Shown one piece after another: positions 1-9,682 of a DNA stretch of 64,000 nucleotides. The notes below the pieces were generated by a model. It was not told the DNA's origin and did no database searches. It saw only the letters and a program-made list of their open reading frames with translations. The DNA is from Lentisphaerae bacterium GWF2_44_16. GTDB taxonomy: Bacteria > Verrucomicrobiota > Lentisphaeria > Victivallales > GWF2-45-14. The DNA lies in assembly GCA_001803225.1 (NCBI GenBank), contig MHBF01000093.1:3711-67710 (forward strand), in the 5' to 3' direction. Numbering within the stretch: position 1 is the first letter of the stretch; the number at the start of each line of letters is the position of its first letter. The translations under genes and the position numbers were made by a program.

Positions 1-390
1 GAAAATGAAACCGTCAACACCTTTAGAATTCATGAATGTGAACATCTCTTCCTTCGACACGTAATCATATTTGGATGTAGAAAGAAGCATGTGATAATTG
101 TTTTTTACGATGACTTCCTCTATGCCTTCGAGAATATTTGCCCAGAAAGAATTTTCAATACCGTCGGTAATCACGCCTATCATCAGGGTTTTCTTAGAGG
201 CGATTGCCCTGGCGAGGACGTTGGGAACGAAATTGTTCTTTTTTATTGCCTCTTCAATGCGCTTACAGGTGGCGTCGGCGATTTTATATTTTTTTGCTTT
301 CCCGTTAAGGAACATGGAAGCCGCGGTCATTGAAACCCCGGCTTCCGTGGCTATGTCCTGAAGCGTTATTTTTGATTTGCCGGCAATCAT
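1..390 (-). CDS. LacI-family transcriptional regulator (runs off window start)
   Basis: Not in the ORF track. Manual translation from ATG at 390: MIAGKSKITLQDIATEAGVSMTAASMFLNG...FVPNVLARAIASKKTLMIGVI, a LacI HTH plus hinge. ATGA overlap with the upstream gene stop. Confidence 0.92.
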   Translation of the reverse strand, partial: MIAGKSKITLQDIATEAGVSMTAASMFLNGKAKKYKIADATCKRIEEAIKKNNFVPNVLARAIASKKTLMIGVITDGIENSFWANILEGIEEVIVKNNYHMLLSTSKYDYVSKEEMFTFMNSKGVDGFIF

Positions 391-1856
391 TCGATTTCCT
401 TAAAATATGAGCTGTGCGCAATCCTTGGCAATATATCCTCGTCAGTATCAGGGTTCCACAGTATCGCCGAAAAAAGAACAATGGAACTCTGAATACAGTT
501 CTCAAAATTTCCGTCTTCGACCAATGCCGTGGCAATTGTTGTTTCAGGTTTTACTTTTAAGACTTCTCTGTAAAATTTCACGGCGTTCTTGTAATTCGCC
601 ATCCAGAGGCCGTTGATTTTCTGCCAGTGTTTTGTTCTCTGCTCAAGACGTTTTTCCATAAAGGCATTGCTTCTTTCTCCCAGAATGAAAGAGTCGTGAT
701 TTTCAAATTCCGCTCCCCAGCGCAACGCGCAGAAACCTTTCGGCACTGAAGAAAACTCAAGACAGCCCCTCATCGCTGCAAGTTTTTTTGAATACCCAAT
801 GGTGGCGTCAATGGTTTCGAGACCTTTAACACGGGATTTATTCAGTTCCGGAATATAAAGGTATGGCATGGCCCCGGCGTCTTCCCAGACGATGTTTATC
901 CTTTTGTCGAGTTTTTCAAGGTCCTTGTAATCGTCAACTATGGACGTGGCGTGCAGGCCAAACTGAATATGCAGTCCGGGATATTTTTTCAGGATCGCGC
1001 CGCCGATCTCATTAACCATCGCGCAGACGATTTCCGCAAGAGATTTTCCACCAATTTCAGTATTGTGGTGTTCTGTTAGTGTCTGGAAATAAATGCCATC
1101 ATGTTTAATGTGAGAATAGTTTTTTGTGTAATTGTCGATGATTTCTTTTTTAAGCAGTTTCACGTCTTCTTTTTTGCTGAGATCTATTCCTGTATGGCCC
1201 CAGCCCCAGTGAAAACCGAGAACAACTTTAATGCCCCTTGAATGAGCGTAATCTATGATGTCGTCAATATTTACTGGTACCTGGTCATTCCATATCGTGA
1301 GCATATTCATGCGAAGGCGCGCCATATTGTCGAGAAAACGCCTATAATCATAAATCACATAACCCCATGTCCATATCCCGCGATACTGTATGCGGGGATA
1401 GTCGCTGAAAGATAAATCGGCTATTTCCTCAAGTTTTTCCTGAGAGTGTTCGACTTCCAGTACTCTGGCGTTAAAGTCCTCAATACCGTTGAGAAGTCCT
1501 TTTGTGTCATGTCCGCCAATTACAATTACTTTACGTTCAGGATTCCAGGGCGATTTAAGAATTGATATTCCGTAGGCCTCGGCTTTGCGCGGTATCTGGA
1601 TTTTCTTCTTTTTTTCGAGTTCTCTTATAAGAATATTGGAAGATGAGGTACCGACAATGATAAGATGTTCATCGTGTTTTTTCAGCGAAAGGCCGAGGGC
1701 CGGAACAGTCTCCATGACATACGGGAAAAGGGATTGAACCATTTTCTGGATTTCATTTATCGCGAATTTCTCGATATTGTCTTTATAAGAACCGAATATA
1801 ATTTTCCAGCGTGTGCCTTCATAAACGACCCTGAAATGAGACTTCAATTTTGCCAT
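387..1856 (-). CDS. Putative glycoside hydrolase (GH20/GH67-like zincin-fold N-domain plus TIM-barrel-like domain), no obvious signal peptide
   Basis: Motifs EAYGISI...IGGHDTKGLLNGI, DYPRIQYRGIW, LDNMARLRMN, IDYAHSRGIKV are typical of GH20b plus barrel architecture. Confidence 0.6.
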   Translation of the reverse strand: MAKLKSHFRVVYEGTRWKIIFGSYKDNIEKFAINEIQKMVQSLFPYVMETVPALGLSLKKHDEHLIIVGTSSSNILIRELEKKKKIQIPRKAEAYGISILKSPWNPERKVIVIGGHDTKGLLNGIEDFNARVLEVEHSQEKLEEIADLSFSDYPRIQYRGIWTWGYVIYDYRRFLDNMARLRMNMLTIWNDQVPVNIDDIIDYAHSRGIKVVLGFHWGWGHTGIDLSKKEDVKLLKKEIIDNYTKNYSHIKHDGIYFQTLTEHHNTEIGGKSLAEIVCAMVNEIGGAILKKYPGLHIQFGLHATSIVDDYKDLEKLDKRINIVWEDAGAMPYLYIPELNKSRVKGLETIDATIGYSKKLAAMRGCLEFSSVPKGFCALRWGAEFENHDSFILGERSNAFMEKRLEQRTKHWQKINGLWMANYKNAVKFYREVLKVKPETTIATALVEDGNFENCIQSSIVLFSAILWNPDTDEDILPRIAHSSYFKEIE

Positions 1857-1875
1857 TTTAAAATCCTTATTTGAG

Positions 1876-1899
1876 TTTAACTAAAGTGCTTTAGTTAAA
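1876..1899. promoter_or_regulatory. Palindromic operator, probably for the LacI in the same operon
   Basis: TTTAACTAAAG-TG-CTTTAGTTAAA, perfect 11-bp arms immediately downstream of the -10 box. Confidence 0.75.
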
Positions 1900-1900
1900 T

Positions 1901-1929
1901 ATTATAAACTATTTTACACGGATTGTCAA
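1901..1929 (-). promoter_or_regulatory. Consensus sigma70 promoter
   Basis: Minus strand TTGACA (1929-1924), 17-nt spacer, TATAAT (1906-1901). Confidence 0.85.
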
Positions 1930-1936
1930 TAGCATT

Positions 1937-3880
1937 TCAGATGAAAAATGAATCTTCGCCCAGTTCGTTCAGAAGGGCAAGGGGTATGAAGCCTGTAATC
2001 CAGCCGGCCATAATGCAGTAAGCGCCCCAGTCCTTGTCTTTGTTGAGACCGTAGTATTCGTTGTGGTCCATGTCGAACGCCCGCATCCATCCGCCGTCAA
2101 AACGGGGGCCGCTGTCCTTAATCTGGGCCGCCAGTATGAAATCCCGGAGTTTATCATAAATATCACGTGCAAGATTAAGGTCAATGGAATGAGGATTTTT
2201 CATTTTGCATATAACAGACAATGCGCATAAAATAAAATTATTGCAGTAAAGCATGTCGGCTATGTTATCGGAAGAATCACCAATGCCTACGCCTGCTTCA
2301 GCATGATCTGTAAGACGGATCGGAGTTTCCCGGATTCCGCCTGAGTTGTGCTGTAAATTTTTGAAAAAACGAAGGCAATCATTAATTTTTTCCGACAAGT
2401 CCATTCCCGCGAGTTCCTGCACTGACGCTAACATAAGCAGATAGCGGCTGTATGTGAAATTATCAGAATAACCGAAGGGTTTAGTATTAGGGAATTTTGA
2501 CATTATTTTATTTGCGTACTTCAAGACGGCATCCTTATACTTTGTCTCTCCGGTATGTTTGTAAAGCTGAAGCATGAAAGATGTCATTTCACCATAATAA
2601 ACGGGATTGTCGGTAACGTGTTCCGCCGACTGGCGTCCTGAAAAACCAGTTCTGGAATTGAAGTTTCCGCAGAGCAGTCCTTCCGGGCCGAGCCAGCGGA
2701 TTATGGCATCGCCGAGTTTCCGGCTTCTTTCAAGATATTCCTCATCCTTGAAAAGCTTGTACATATTTATCATTGTCAATCCGCCCCGCCCGGCATCGGA
2801 GGAGTATATTACATGAGGGCCCATGCCCAGATCATGAAACCATTTGAAGAGTCCGGCCGCTTCTCCTTTTTCCACTTGTATCCCGTTGTCAAGAAGAAAT
2901 CTTATCAGGTTTTTTCCGGTTTTAATGAGTTTTTTATCGTTATCTATTTTGCCGTATTTACAGAGGAGAACTCCCGTCAGCATTTCGGAATCCATCCTGA
3001 TGTTTGCCCGGGGCTTCAAGTTATAGGACGTAATCATTTCATAGATGCCTTTCGTGCCGTCTTTATCGAGCATCAGACCTGAGTTAAAATGCCATTTAAC
3101 GGCTTTCTCTACAACATTTTCCAGTGTATTGAAGGATTTTCCATAGACTGAAATTGGCTTAAAAACTTTCTCAAAAGCCGCTTTTACTTTTACTTTTTCG
3201 ATGTCGAGAATTTCATTGAACAGAAAGGCATAAACTTCTTTCCAGCGGAAAAAGGGAAGCATCATAGTGCCATCATATTCCGTCATATTCATAGCGGAAG
3301 CAAAAAAATTGAACACCCTCACCAGCACCGGAAAACTGAAACTGCCCTCCTTAAAAATATTATGAGTGCCTATGCAGTCGGAAGCGGAAAGAAGGACTTT
3401 TCTCCCGTAATCTGTATGATATCCCATGGCGCGGCCCGGATAGTAATAGGAATTTCTCGCCTGCAGGATATACCCGTCAATATCCGCCTTTAGTTCATTG
3501 TCGGCAATGAGATATTCATTGAAAAAATGACGTTCCAGTCCGTCAACCTGATGCCCGAATACGGAGGAATGCAGATAGTCGCAGGCCATGTAATTTTCAA
3601 TAAAAAGTTTCTGTCCCTTCTGCTGAAGGCCCGCGAACTTCTTTATTGTCTCGAAATTCATTTCAGGAACGAATTTTTCTCCTCTTTCATAATGGGGCAT
3701 GATGAAATACGCAGTACATTCCATGCTTTCGGCGTTTACCGCTTCTTCCGGCGAATCATATCTGACGATTGTTGTTTTACCGTCAGCGATAACTTTCAGT
3801 AATTCTTCAAATTTACCTGTTCCGCCGATAATTCTGATTTCGTCACTTTTATGCATTATATTTTCCTTGTTATTCTTCAT
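1937..3880 (-). CDS. Uncharacterised protein, likely (alpha/alpha)-barrel carbohydrate-active fold; paralog of 7760-9682
   Basis: 647 aa. C-terminal GGWMRAFD..YYGLNKDKDWGAYCIMAGW parallels the 7760-9682 protein. Confidence 0.6.
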   Translation of the reverse strand: MKNNKENIMHKSDEIRIIGGTGKFEELLKVIADGKTTIVRYDSPEEAVNAESMECTAYFIMPHYERGEKFVPEMNFETIKKFAGLQQKGQKLFIENYMACDYLHSSVFGHQVDGLERHFFNEYLIADNELKADIDGYILQARNSYYYPGRAMGYHTDYGRKVLLSASDCIGTHNIFKEGSFSFPVLVRVFNFFASAMNMTEYDGTMMLPFFRWKEVYAFLFNEILDIEKVKVKAAFEKVFKPISVYGKSFNTLENVVEKAVKWHFNSGLMLDKDGTKGIYEMITSYNLKPRANIRMDSEMLTGVLLCKYGKIDNDKKLIKTGKNLIRFLLDNGIQVEKGEAAGLFKWFHDLGMGPHVIYSSDAGRGGLTMINMYKLFKDEEYLERSRKLGDAIIRWLGPEGLLCGNFNSRTGFSGRQSAEHVTDNPVYYGEMTSFMLQLYKHTGETKYKDAVLKYANKIMSKFPNTKPFGYSDNFTYSRYLLMLASVQELAGMDLSEKINDCLRFFKNLQHNSGGIRETPIRLTDHAEAGVGIGDSSDNIADMLYCNNFILCALSVICKMKNPHSIDLNLARDIYDKLRDFILAAQIKDSGPRFDGGWMRAFDMDHNEYYGLNKDKDWGAYCIMAGWITGFIPLALLNELGEDSFFI

Positions 3881-5717
3881 ATTTCTGACATATTTCTATT
3901 TCGTTTATAAGCATTGCCGATTTTTTAAAAGCTGTATTTTTCTTTTTGGAAAAACTGAATTTGACATATCTGCAACTTAGCGTTTCAGGCAGGACGATGC
4001 TTGCCCAGCCATGAACATATTTACAGCATTCTCCGATGTTTTTCATTTTGTTAAGATCATTTCCAGCTTCCACTATGATTTTATCGGGTGAAGTGTCAGG
4101 ATTGTCAAATTGTCCCAAAAAGGGCGGCGCGTCCGCTACCCTCAGCATGTCGATTTTTTCCTGCTTCTCCAGATCAAACAACAGTTCAAGATAAACAGGT
4201 TCATCAAAAATAGCATATCCATAAATTTTTGATAGGTCAGCCCGTTCTTCCTGACGGCCTCCGGCAATATAGCCATCGCTTGAAAGGTGGTTTTTATCAA
4301 TAATAAGCTTTTTTCTGGTCCAGAAACTGGAAGGATGCCAGTTTGGGAAATCAGGATATTTTGATTTTGTATATTGGCGGCCAAGCGCAATATTTTTATA
4401 GGCAATAGCGGGATGCTTCATATAATCGGCATAACGCTGGTACTGTTCAACAGCTTTTTCACCGCCTATTTCGGGTTTGAGCCCTGGTTTGGCAAAGATG
4501 CCTGTCGCTTCAAAAGTTATGAGTTTTTCGCAATAAGGTCTTGCCGTTTCCATCTGCTGGACGAAGCCCGCATGACCATCGAAGCCGCCATTCAGATATC
4601 GTGGAACAATTATGCCTTCACCATCTATATCAAAAGATTCGCAGTTTCCCCAGAAATGAGTTTTTGTATCCTTCAAGGCTTCCTTTAGAGCAGAAAAAGA
4701 ACGGGAATTGAGCTTTAACTGCTCAGGACGTCCCCTCGTACAGCCCAAAATATCCATTGGTGCTATAATATCGGCCTTGAAAGCTCCCTGTTTGAGTATG
4801 TGGAAAATAGCGTCGCTGATTGCCGGAGCGCTACAAGCGACCGACAACAGTATTGGTTTGGCGGGGCAGAGTTCGTCTGCTTTTTTTCTGTCCTCTTCAA
4901 GCAATTCAAAAAATTCCTGAAAAACATCTACCGATAAATTCAGATGCGGTTCAAGGGCCTGATACCATCCGTAAAAAGATTTATATTTTCCATAACGTTC
5001 CCATATTTCCTCCATTAGCTCCAGGCGGCGTTCACATAAGGTATAATTATTTCCAAACGGCAGAATGACTTTTTGTCCGTTTTTTTCTGCCGTTTCCAGA
5101 ATGATTTTTACAGGGTCTTCCGACTTCATATCAAACGTGGGATATATTCTGGAGGGATAATGTGCCCTGAACTCCTTTTCCACGTTGGCGGAAAAACGCT
5201 CGCTGTAATGTTCAAGCTGGATAATTGCCAGGGGAATGATGGTTTTGAACCCCAGTTCATCAAAAGAATCCATCTGTTCTTTCCATTGGGAGTCAGTCAA
5301 ATCTTTCACATTGGAAAATGAAGAACATGTTTTTTTGTCAGTAGCGCCGAACATGATAAATGCGCCTTCAATGAGGTTCGGTGTATATTTTCTGACTTCA
5401 AAATCTTTGCTGACAGTTTGCCATTTCAGACCATCTGCGGAGAACCGGATGATAATGTTATGAACACCTGCTTTATCGACAATATCAGGAAAACATTGTA
5501 CGAACGCATAGCGCCCTTTTTCCGCAAAATTTTTTCCCCGCCATAACAAATTTGCTTCATCCACTATATCCAAATAGATTTCTACATTTATTTTAGAGGA
5601 CTTGCCGGAATTTTGAATTTGGGCCCGGACTTCAAATTTATCCGTTTCAGAAATTGGACTGAAAGGAACAAAAATAATGTCACGATCCGGATTACACACA
5701 AGATTCTCGTTATTCAC
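3870..5717 (-). CDS. DUF4434-like glycoside-hydrolase-fold protein with C-terminal discoidin/F5-8-like domain
   Basis: LTDSQWKEQMDSFDELGFKTII, ILETAEKNGQKV, ERYGKYKSFYGWY, FWGNCESF; C-terminal NIALGR...FDLEK...RYVKF. Confidence 0.65.
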   Translation of the reverse strand: MNNENLVCNPDRDIIFVPFSPISETDKFEVRAQIQNSGKSSKINVEIYLDIVDEANLLWRGKNFAEKGRYAFVQCFPDIVDKAGVHNIIIRFSADGLKWQTVSKDFEVRKYTPNLIEGAFIMFGATDKKTCSSFSNVKDLTDSQWKEQMDSFDELGFKTIIPLAIIQLEHYSERFSANVEKEFRAHYPSRIYPTFDMKSEDPVKIILETAEKNGQKVILPFGNNYTLCERRLELMEEIWERYGKYKSFYGWYQALEPHLNLSVDVFQEFFELLEEDRKKADELCPAKPILLSVACSAPAISDAIFHILKQGAFKADIIAPMDILGCTRGRPEQLKLNSRSFSALKEALKDTKTHFWGNCESFDIDGEGIIVPRYLNGGFDGHAGFVQQMETARPYCEKLITFEATGIFAKPGLKPEIGGEKAVEQYQRYADYMKHPAIAYKNIALGRQYTKSKYPDFPNWHPSSFWTRKKLIIDKNHLSSDGYIAGGRQEERADLSKIYGYAIFDEPVYLELLFDLEKQEKIDMLRVADAPPFLGQFDNPDTSPDKIIVEAGNDLNKMKNIGECCKYVHGWASIVLPETLSCRYVKFSFSKKKNTAFKKSAMLINEIEICQKYEE

Positions 5718-5733
5718 CTGAAGTCTCCTTTAT

Positions 5734-6909
5734 TTATTGTTCCAGTGATTTCATAAGTTTTATGCAGGTCAGCAGATATCGCGGGAGATGGAAAAATGTC
5801 TTCCATCCGTGCGCCTTGAAGACATGGGGGACATTTCCTCTTCTATCGGTATAAGCGAACCATTCGCCGTATTCTTTATCGCGGAAATTTTTCCATGCGA
5901 ATTTGTCAATATGCTCGAAGGATTCCAGAAAGGTTTTCTTCCCTGAAAGTTTATAGGCGTATAAGGCTGCAATTGAGGCTTCATTCTGTCCCCACCAGGC
6001 CTTGAGACAACTTTTAGGATCATTCAGAGGTTTGCCGCATGCATCCATGAAGTAATAGATGCCGCCGTATTTATCATCCCGTCCGTAAGAAAGGATTTTT
6101 TCTGTGAACCCGCAAACTTTTTCAATCAACAACGCATTGTTTTTCTTTTCCGCGTATTGGAGGATAAACCACATTGCTTCGAGGGCGTGACCGGGATTAA
6201 TCAGGCGGCCATCACAGGAGTCCAAATCAAAGCTTCCGTCCTGATTGATGTTCTCGAAAAACATTCCTGAATCATTATTCCAGAATTTGAAAATTTTTTC
6301 TATCGCTAAATCTATATCATTATCATATTCAGAGGCGTTAAAGGATTCATTAAGGATAAACGCCGCATTGGATAAAATCATCTGATGACCGAGTGATTTT
6401 CTTTTTTTCTGTCCGGCCAATACAGGTTTTTCCGAAGAAACAATATTGATGTTTTTCCTGAAAATATTATATGCTGAGACTGCTTCCATCCTGTATTTTT
6501 CTTCACCTGTAGCCTCATATAAAGCGGCGGCGCCGATAGCGGCGAAACTTTCAGAATAGATTGAAAATGGATGGCATTCTGACGTAACCGGAAGTCCTTT
6601 TTTATTAAGAGTGAAATAATAAGAGCCATCAGCTTTTTTACCATTCCTGACGAGAAAATCAAAGCCATGCTTTGCGATGTCGAGCCATTCCGGCCTGGAA
6701 TATTCGGATTTGAAAAGTGTTGCGAACATATAGACAATACGCCACTCTGACCACATGTGTTTTTCGGTATCATATACATTACCCTCCCGGTCAAGGAAAG
6801 AGTAATAACCGCCATTCTCATTATCAACGCAGTGTTTTTCCCAGAACGGAATAATGGAATTCAGAAGCTCGTATTCATAGCGTTTTAAAATTCTATTAAT
6901 GTGTATCAT
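5734..6909 (-). CDS. N-acylglucosamine 2-epimerase (AGE family)
   Basis: IIPFWEKHCVDNENGGYYSFLDREG, INPGHALEAMWF, D.KYGG, KAWWGQNE, YGEWF, WKTFFHLPR. Confidence 0.9.
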   Translation of the reverse strand: MIHINRILKRYEYELLNSIIPFWEKHCVDNENGGYYSFLDREGNVYDTEKHMWSEWRIVYMFATLFKSEYSRPEWLDIAKHGFDFLVRNGKKADGSYYFTLNKKGLPVTSECHPFSIYSESFAAIGAAALYEATGEEKYRMEAVSAYNIFRKNINIVSSEKPVLAGQKKRKSLGHQMILSNAAFILNESFNASEYDNDIDLAIEKIFKFWNNDSGMFFENINQDGSFDLDSCDGRLINPGHALEAMWFILQYAEKKNNALLIEKVCGFTEKILSYGRDDKYGGIYYFMDACGKPLNDPKSCLKAWWGQNEASIAALYAYKLSGKKTFLESFEHIDKFAWKNFRDKEYGEWFAYTDRRGNVPHVFKAHGWKTFFHLPRYLLTCIKLMKSLEQ

Positions 6910-6926
6910 ATAAATCTCATATATAT

Positions 6927-7682
6927 TTAATTCTCAAAGATTGTGAGAATGGCCTCCGATGTTTTTTGAAGCCCGTTTAAAACGGCTTTCTGGTGAGTGC
7001 CCTTGTAACGGCTTTCCGGGAGATAGATGCCGATTGCGGCATCAAACGGTTTTTTATCGGAATGTACAGGCATTCCCAGTGAGATAACATCATTTTTATG
7101 ATAGACGGCATATCCTTTTTTTCTGATGTCGGCAAGCTCTGATTTCAGACTTTCGATATCGGAAATATTGTCCCAGTCATTATTCGGGAAGCCGTTTTCG
7201 CGGACGTAACTGTCCAGTTCATTATCCGTAAGATTGCTGAGAATAGCTCTACCGGTGGAGCTTATATAAAGGTTTTTTGTTATGGGCAGGGAACTTCTGA
7301 CATTCAGTTCCTGATTGCTGTTGAGATGAAAAAGTGAATACCATGTTCTGTTAGTGTAAAAAGCTACTACAACAGTTTCATTTACTTCCCTGTTAAGCGT
7401 CCTTGCCAGGGGATATGCGATATCTGAAAGGCTTTTTTTATTTTTTTCAGAGATGCCGAGGGAATATGATTTCGGGCCGAGGATATACTTTCCTTCCGAA
7501 TTCTGTTTTACGTATCCCAGCTTTATAAGTGTTTTAAGGAGGTTATGGACGGTTGGCAGTTTGAGCCCGACTTCATTGCTAAGCGCCTGTACGCCCACTC
7601 CCGTTTCAGAATCGGCAGCATCCAGTATTTCAATCAGCTTAAACGCTCTTTCCAATGACTGTACCATAAGATATTCTTTCAT
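6927..7682 (-). CDS. IclR-family transcriptional regulator
   Basis: VQSLERAFKLIE...GLKLPTVHNLLKTL..GYV HTH; SSTGRAIL; IRKKGYA. Confidence 0.92.
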   Translation of the reverse strand: MKEYLMVQSLERAFKLIEILDAADSETGVGVQALSNEVGLKLPTVHNLLKTLIKLGYVKQNSEGKYILGPKSYSLGISEKNKKSLSDIAYPLARTLNREVNETVVVAFYTNRTWYSLFHLNSNQELNVRSSLPITKNLYISSTGRAILSNLTDNELDSYVRENGFPNNDWDNISDIESLKSELADIRKKGYAVYHKNDVISLGMPVHSDKKPFDAAIGIYLPESRYKGTHQKAVLNGLQKTSEAILTIFEN

Positions 7683-7694
7683 TAATATTGAAAC

Positions 7695-7723
7695 ATTATA
7701 TCATCATTAATGAAATAAGTCAA
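7695..7723 (-). promoter_or_regulatory. sigma70 promoter for IclR-AGE-DUF4434-hypothetical operon
   Basis: Minus strand TTGACT (7723-7718), N17, TATAAT (7700-7695). Confidence 0.7.
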
Positions 7724-7759
7724 GATCTGGGAAAAGTTTTTTTGAAACTTTTACAACTT

Positions 7760-9682
7760 TTACAAGATAAAATCATAATCCATCAGATACATCGACAAAG
7801 CCTGTCCGATCCAGGTGTTGCACCATCCGCTTTCCACGCAAAAGGGCCCCCAGTCCATATCGCCGTTAGTGCCATTATAATCATTGTACAGGTAATCATA
7901 TCCGCGCATCCATGCCCCGCGGAGTTTCGGATTTTCAGAACTTATCTGTATGGAGCATATAAAGTCCATGACTTCATGGAAAAAGTTCAGATAATAATCT
8001 TCTCCCGTCGCTTTCCATGCGGCATAAAGACAGAAAACAAAGGGGCCGTTCACGTAGAGGATGTCGATTATTTCATCAGTCGGTTTGTGTGTTACATCAA
8101 TTTCCTTTATGCCGTAAAAATCGCGGGCTTTTTCCTCATTGTAAAGGATATTTCTGACTCCGCCGCATTCTGTTCTCAGCGCTTCGAAACGTTCCACTCT
8201 TTTTCTTATTTCATCCCGGAAAACGGTTTCAGCCGTAATTTTAAAAAGAATAGAATACATCAGAATGGGGAATACATTGGTTTGCGCCGAACTCGGATGT
8301 TCAACATAATTTTTCGTGATTTCCACGGCGCGCGCAATAAAATCCCGATTGCCGGAATAGTGTCCGTACAGAGCGTACATTGAAGGGACAAACGGGTTCA
8401 TGGTATAATGCCCGTTTAATTCGTTAAGATACTTATCGCCTAATTCGTTTAATTTTTTCCCATTTATGCAGAATGTTCTTTCCAGAAGACGCCAGCGGTA
8501 AATATTTTTCGCGGTAATTCCGGCATTTTCGAGATAATCTTTATTTTCGTTCAGTCCAAACAAGCCAAGCAGTTCGATAGGTGTCCAGGAATTGTCATTG
8601 CAAAAAATTTGAACGGGAACCGTTTCATAATCCTGATAAAATTTCCACAGGCCATAAGTATTATGTTCCAGATTCCGGTCCTGAAACCCGTTTTTCCAGA
8701 GGGAATTGATTATATTGGATGAAATCTCATGGTAATGCTTATCTTGAGAAAGCTGTCCGTAAAGCTCCATGAGCAGGGCGGTTTGCGAATTACAGTCAGA
8801 GCGGATGATGGGAAGCAGTCTGTGGTCAAAGGAACGGAAACCTTCCATTACGCCGTTTGAACCGTTGGGATTAGACATCACACCGGAATTGAAATACCAT
8901 TTCATCAGGTTGTCAAGGGTTTTCCTGTAATTCTGTTTTCTTTCCGAAGCAGGGAATTTCCCGGCTGTTTCCCAAGTTTTCGGAAGCGGAATCCCTGCGA
9001 GTTTTTTTTCAGCTTCCAGGCGGATTGTTTCCGGTATAAGATATAAAACTATCTTCCGCAAAAGGCGTTCCCACTGGGAAGCCAGAGGGAATTCAAGTTC
9101 CCTGTATTTTGACAGTTCAAATGTCGCAAAAACTTCATTATGATTACGGCCGACACATAATGCCGGGAACATTTCCCATTCATGTGGCAACCCGTATTCA
9201 GCTTTGTGAACACCCCTGACAACGGCAAATGACGCCAGAGTCTCCAGATCACTGGATAATCCTGGCAAAAAAGTGCAATTACGCACAGGCAATACAGCCA
9301 GTTCATCAAAATCATTTGTGATATAATGTTTTTTCCGGACAAGAAAACGCTCAAGCGCAACAGGACGCGGAGGGTAGTTTTGTTTAATTTTAAAAGCATT
9401 ATGTTTAAAAAGATAATCCGGACATTGAATGTATTCAGTGTACAGGTTTTTTCCCAAATCAACGAATTTTTTTACTTTCTGAAGTATTAATTCCTTATCT
9501 TTAATGTCCCTCTCCCAATCGAAATATCCGGGCATAAACAGCATTCCCGTATAAATATCTGTATCATGTTTCAGATATTCATCAAGAGAGATGAAGTCAA
9601 TTGTCGCGCCAATTTGCTTAAGCAATCCGGCAAGAAGATTGTCCGATGTTCCGCCCACACATAAAAATTTCAATTCCGACAT
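7760..9682 (-). CDS. Uncharacterised protein, likely (alpha/alpha)-barrel carbohydrate-active fold; paralog of 1937-3880
   Basis: 640 aa. Matches KWYFNSGVM/KWHFNSGLM, GVMEG/GIYEM, RSDCN/RMDSE, GAWMRGYD...DWGPFCVESGW with its paralog. Confidence 0.6.
   Translation of the reverse strand: MSELKFLCVGGTSDNLLAGLLKQIGATIDFISLDEYLKHDTDIYTGMLFMPGYFDWERDIKDKELILQKVKKFVDLGKNLYTEYIQCPDYLFKHNAFKIKQNYPPRPVALERFLVRKKHYITNDFDELAVLPVRNCTFLPGLSSDLETLASFAVVRGVHKAEYGLPHEWEMFPALCVGRNHNEVFATFELSKYRELEFPLASQWERLLRKIVLYLIPETIRLEAEKKLAGIPLPKTWETAGKFPASERKQNYRKTLDNLMKWYFNSGVMSNPNGSNGVMEGFRSFDHRLLPIIRSDCNSQTALLMELYGQLSQDKHYHEISSNIINSLWKNGFQDRNLEHNTYGLWKFYQDYETVPVQIFCNDNSWTPIELLGLFGLNENKDYLENAGITAKNIYRWRLLERTFCINGKKLNELGDKYLNELNGHYTMNPFVPSMYALYGHYSGNRDFIARAVEITKNYVEHPSSAQTNVFPILMYSILFKITAETVFRDEIRKRVERFEALRTECGGVRNILYNEEKARDFYGIKEIDVTHKPTDEIIDILYVNGPFVFCLYAAWKATGEDYYLNFFHEVMDFICSIQISSENPKLRGAWMRGYDYLYNDYNGTNGDMDWGPFCVESGWCNTWIGQALSMYLMDYDFIL

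Noticed and set aside
7688-8383. 231-aa plus-strand ORF
   Set aside because: Antisense shadow of the 7760-9682 gene with no recognisable motifs.
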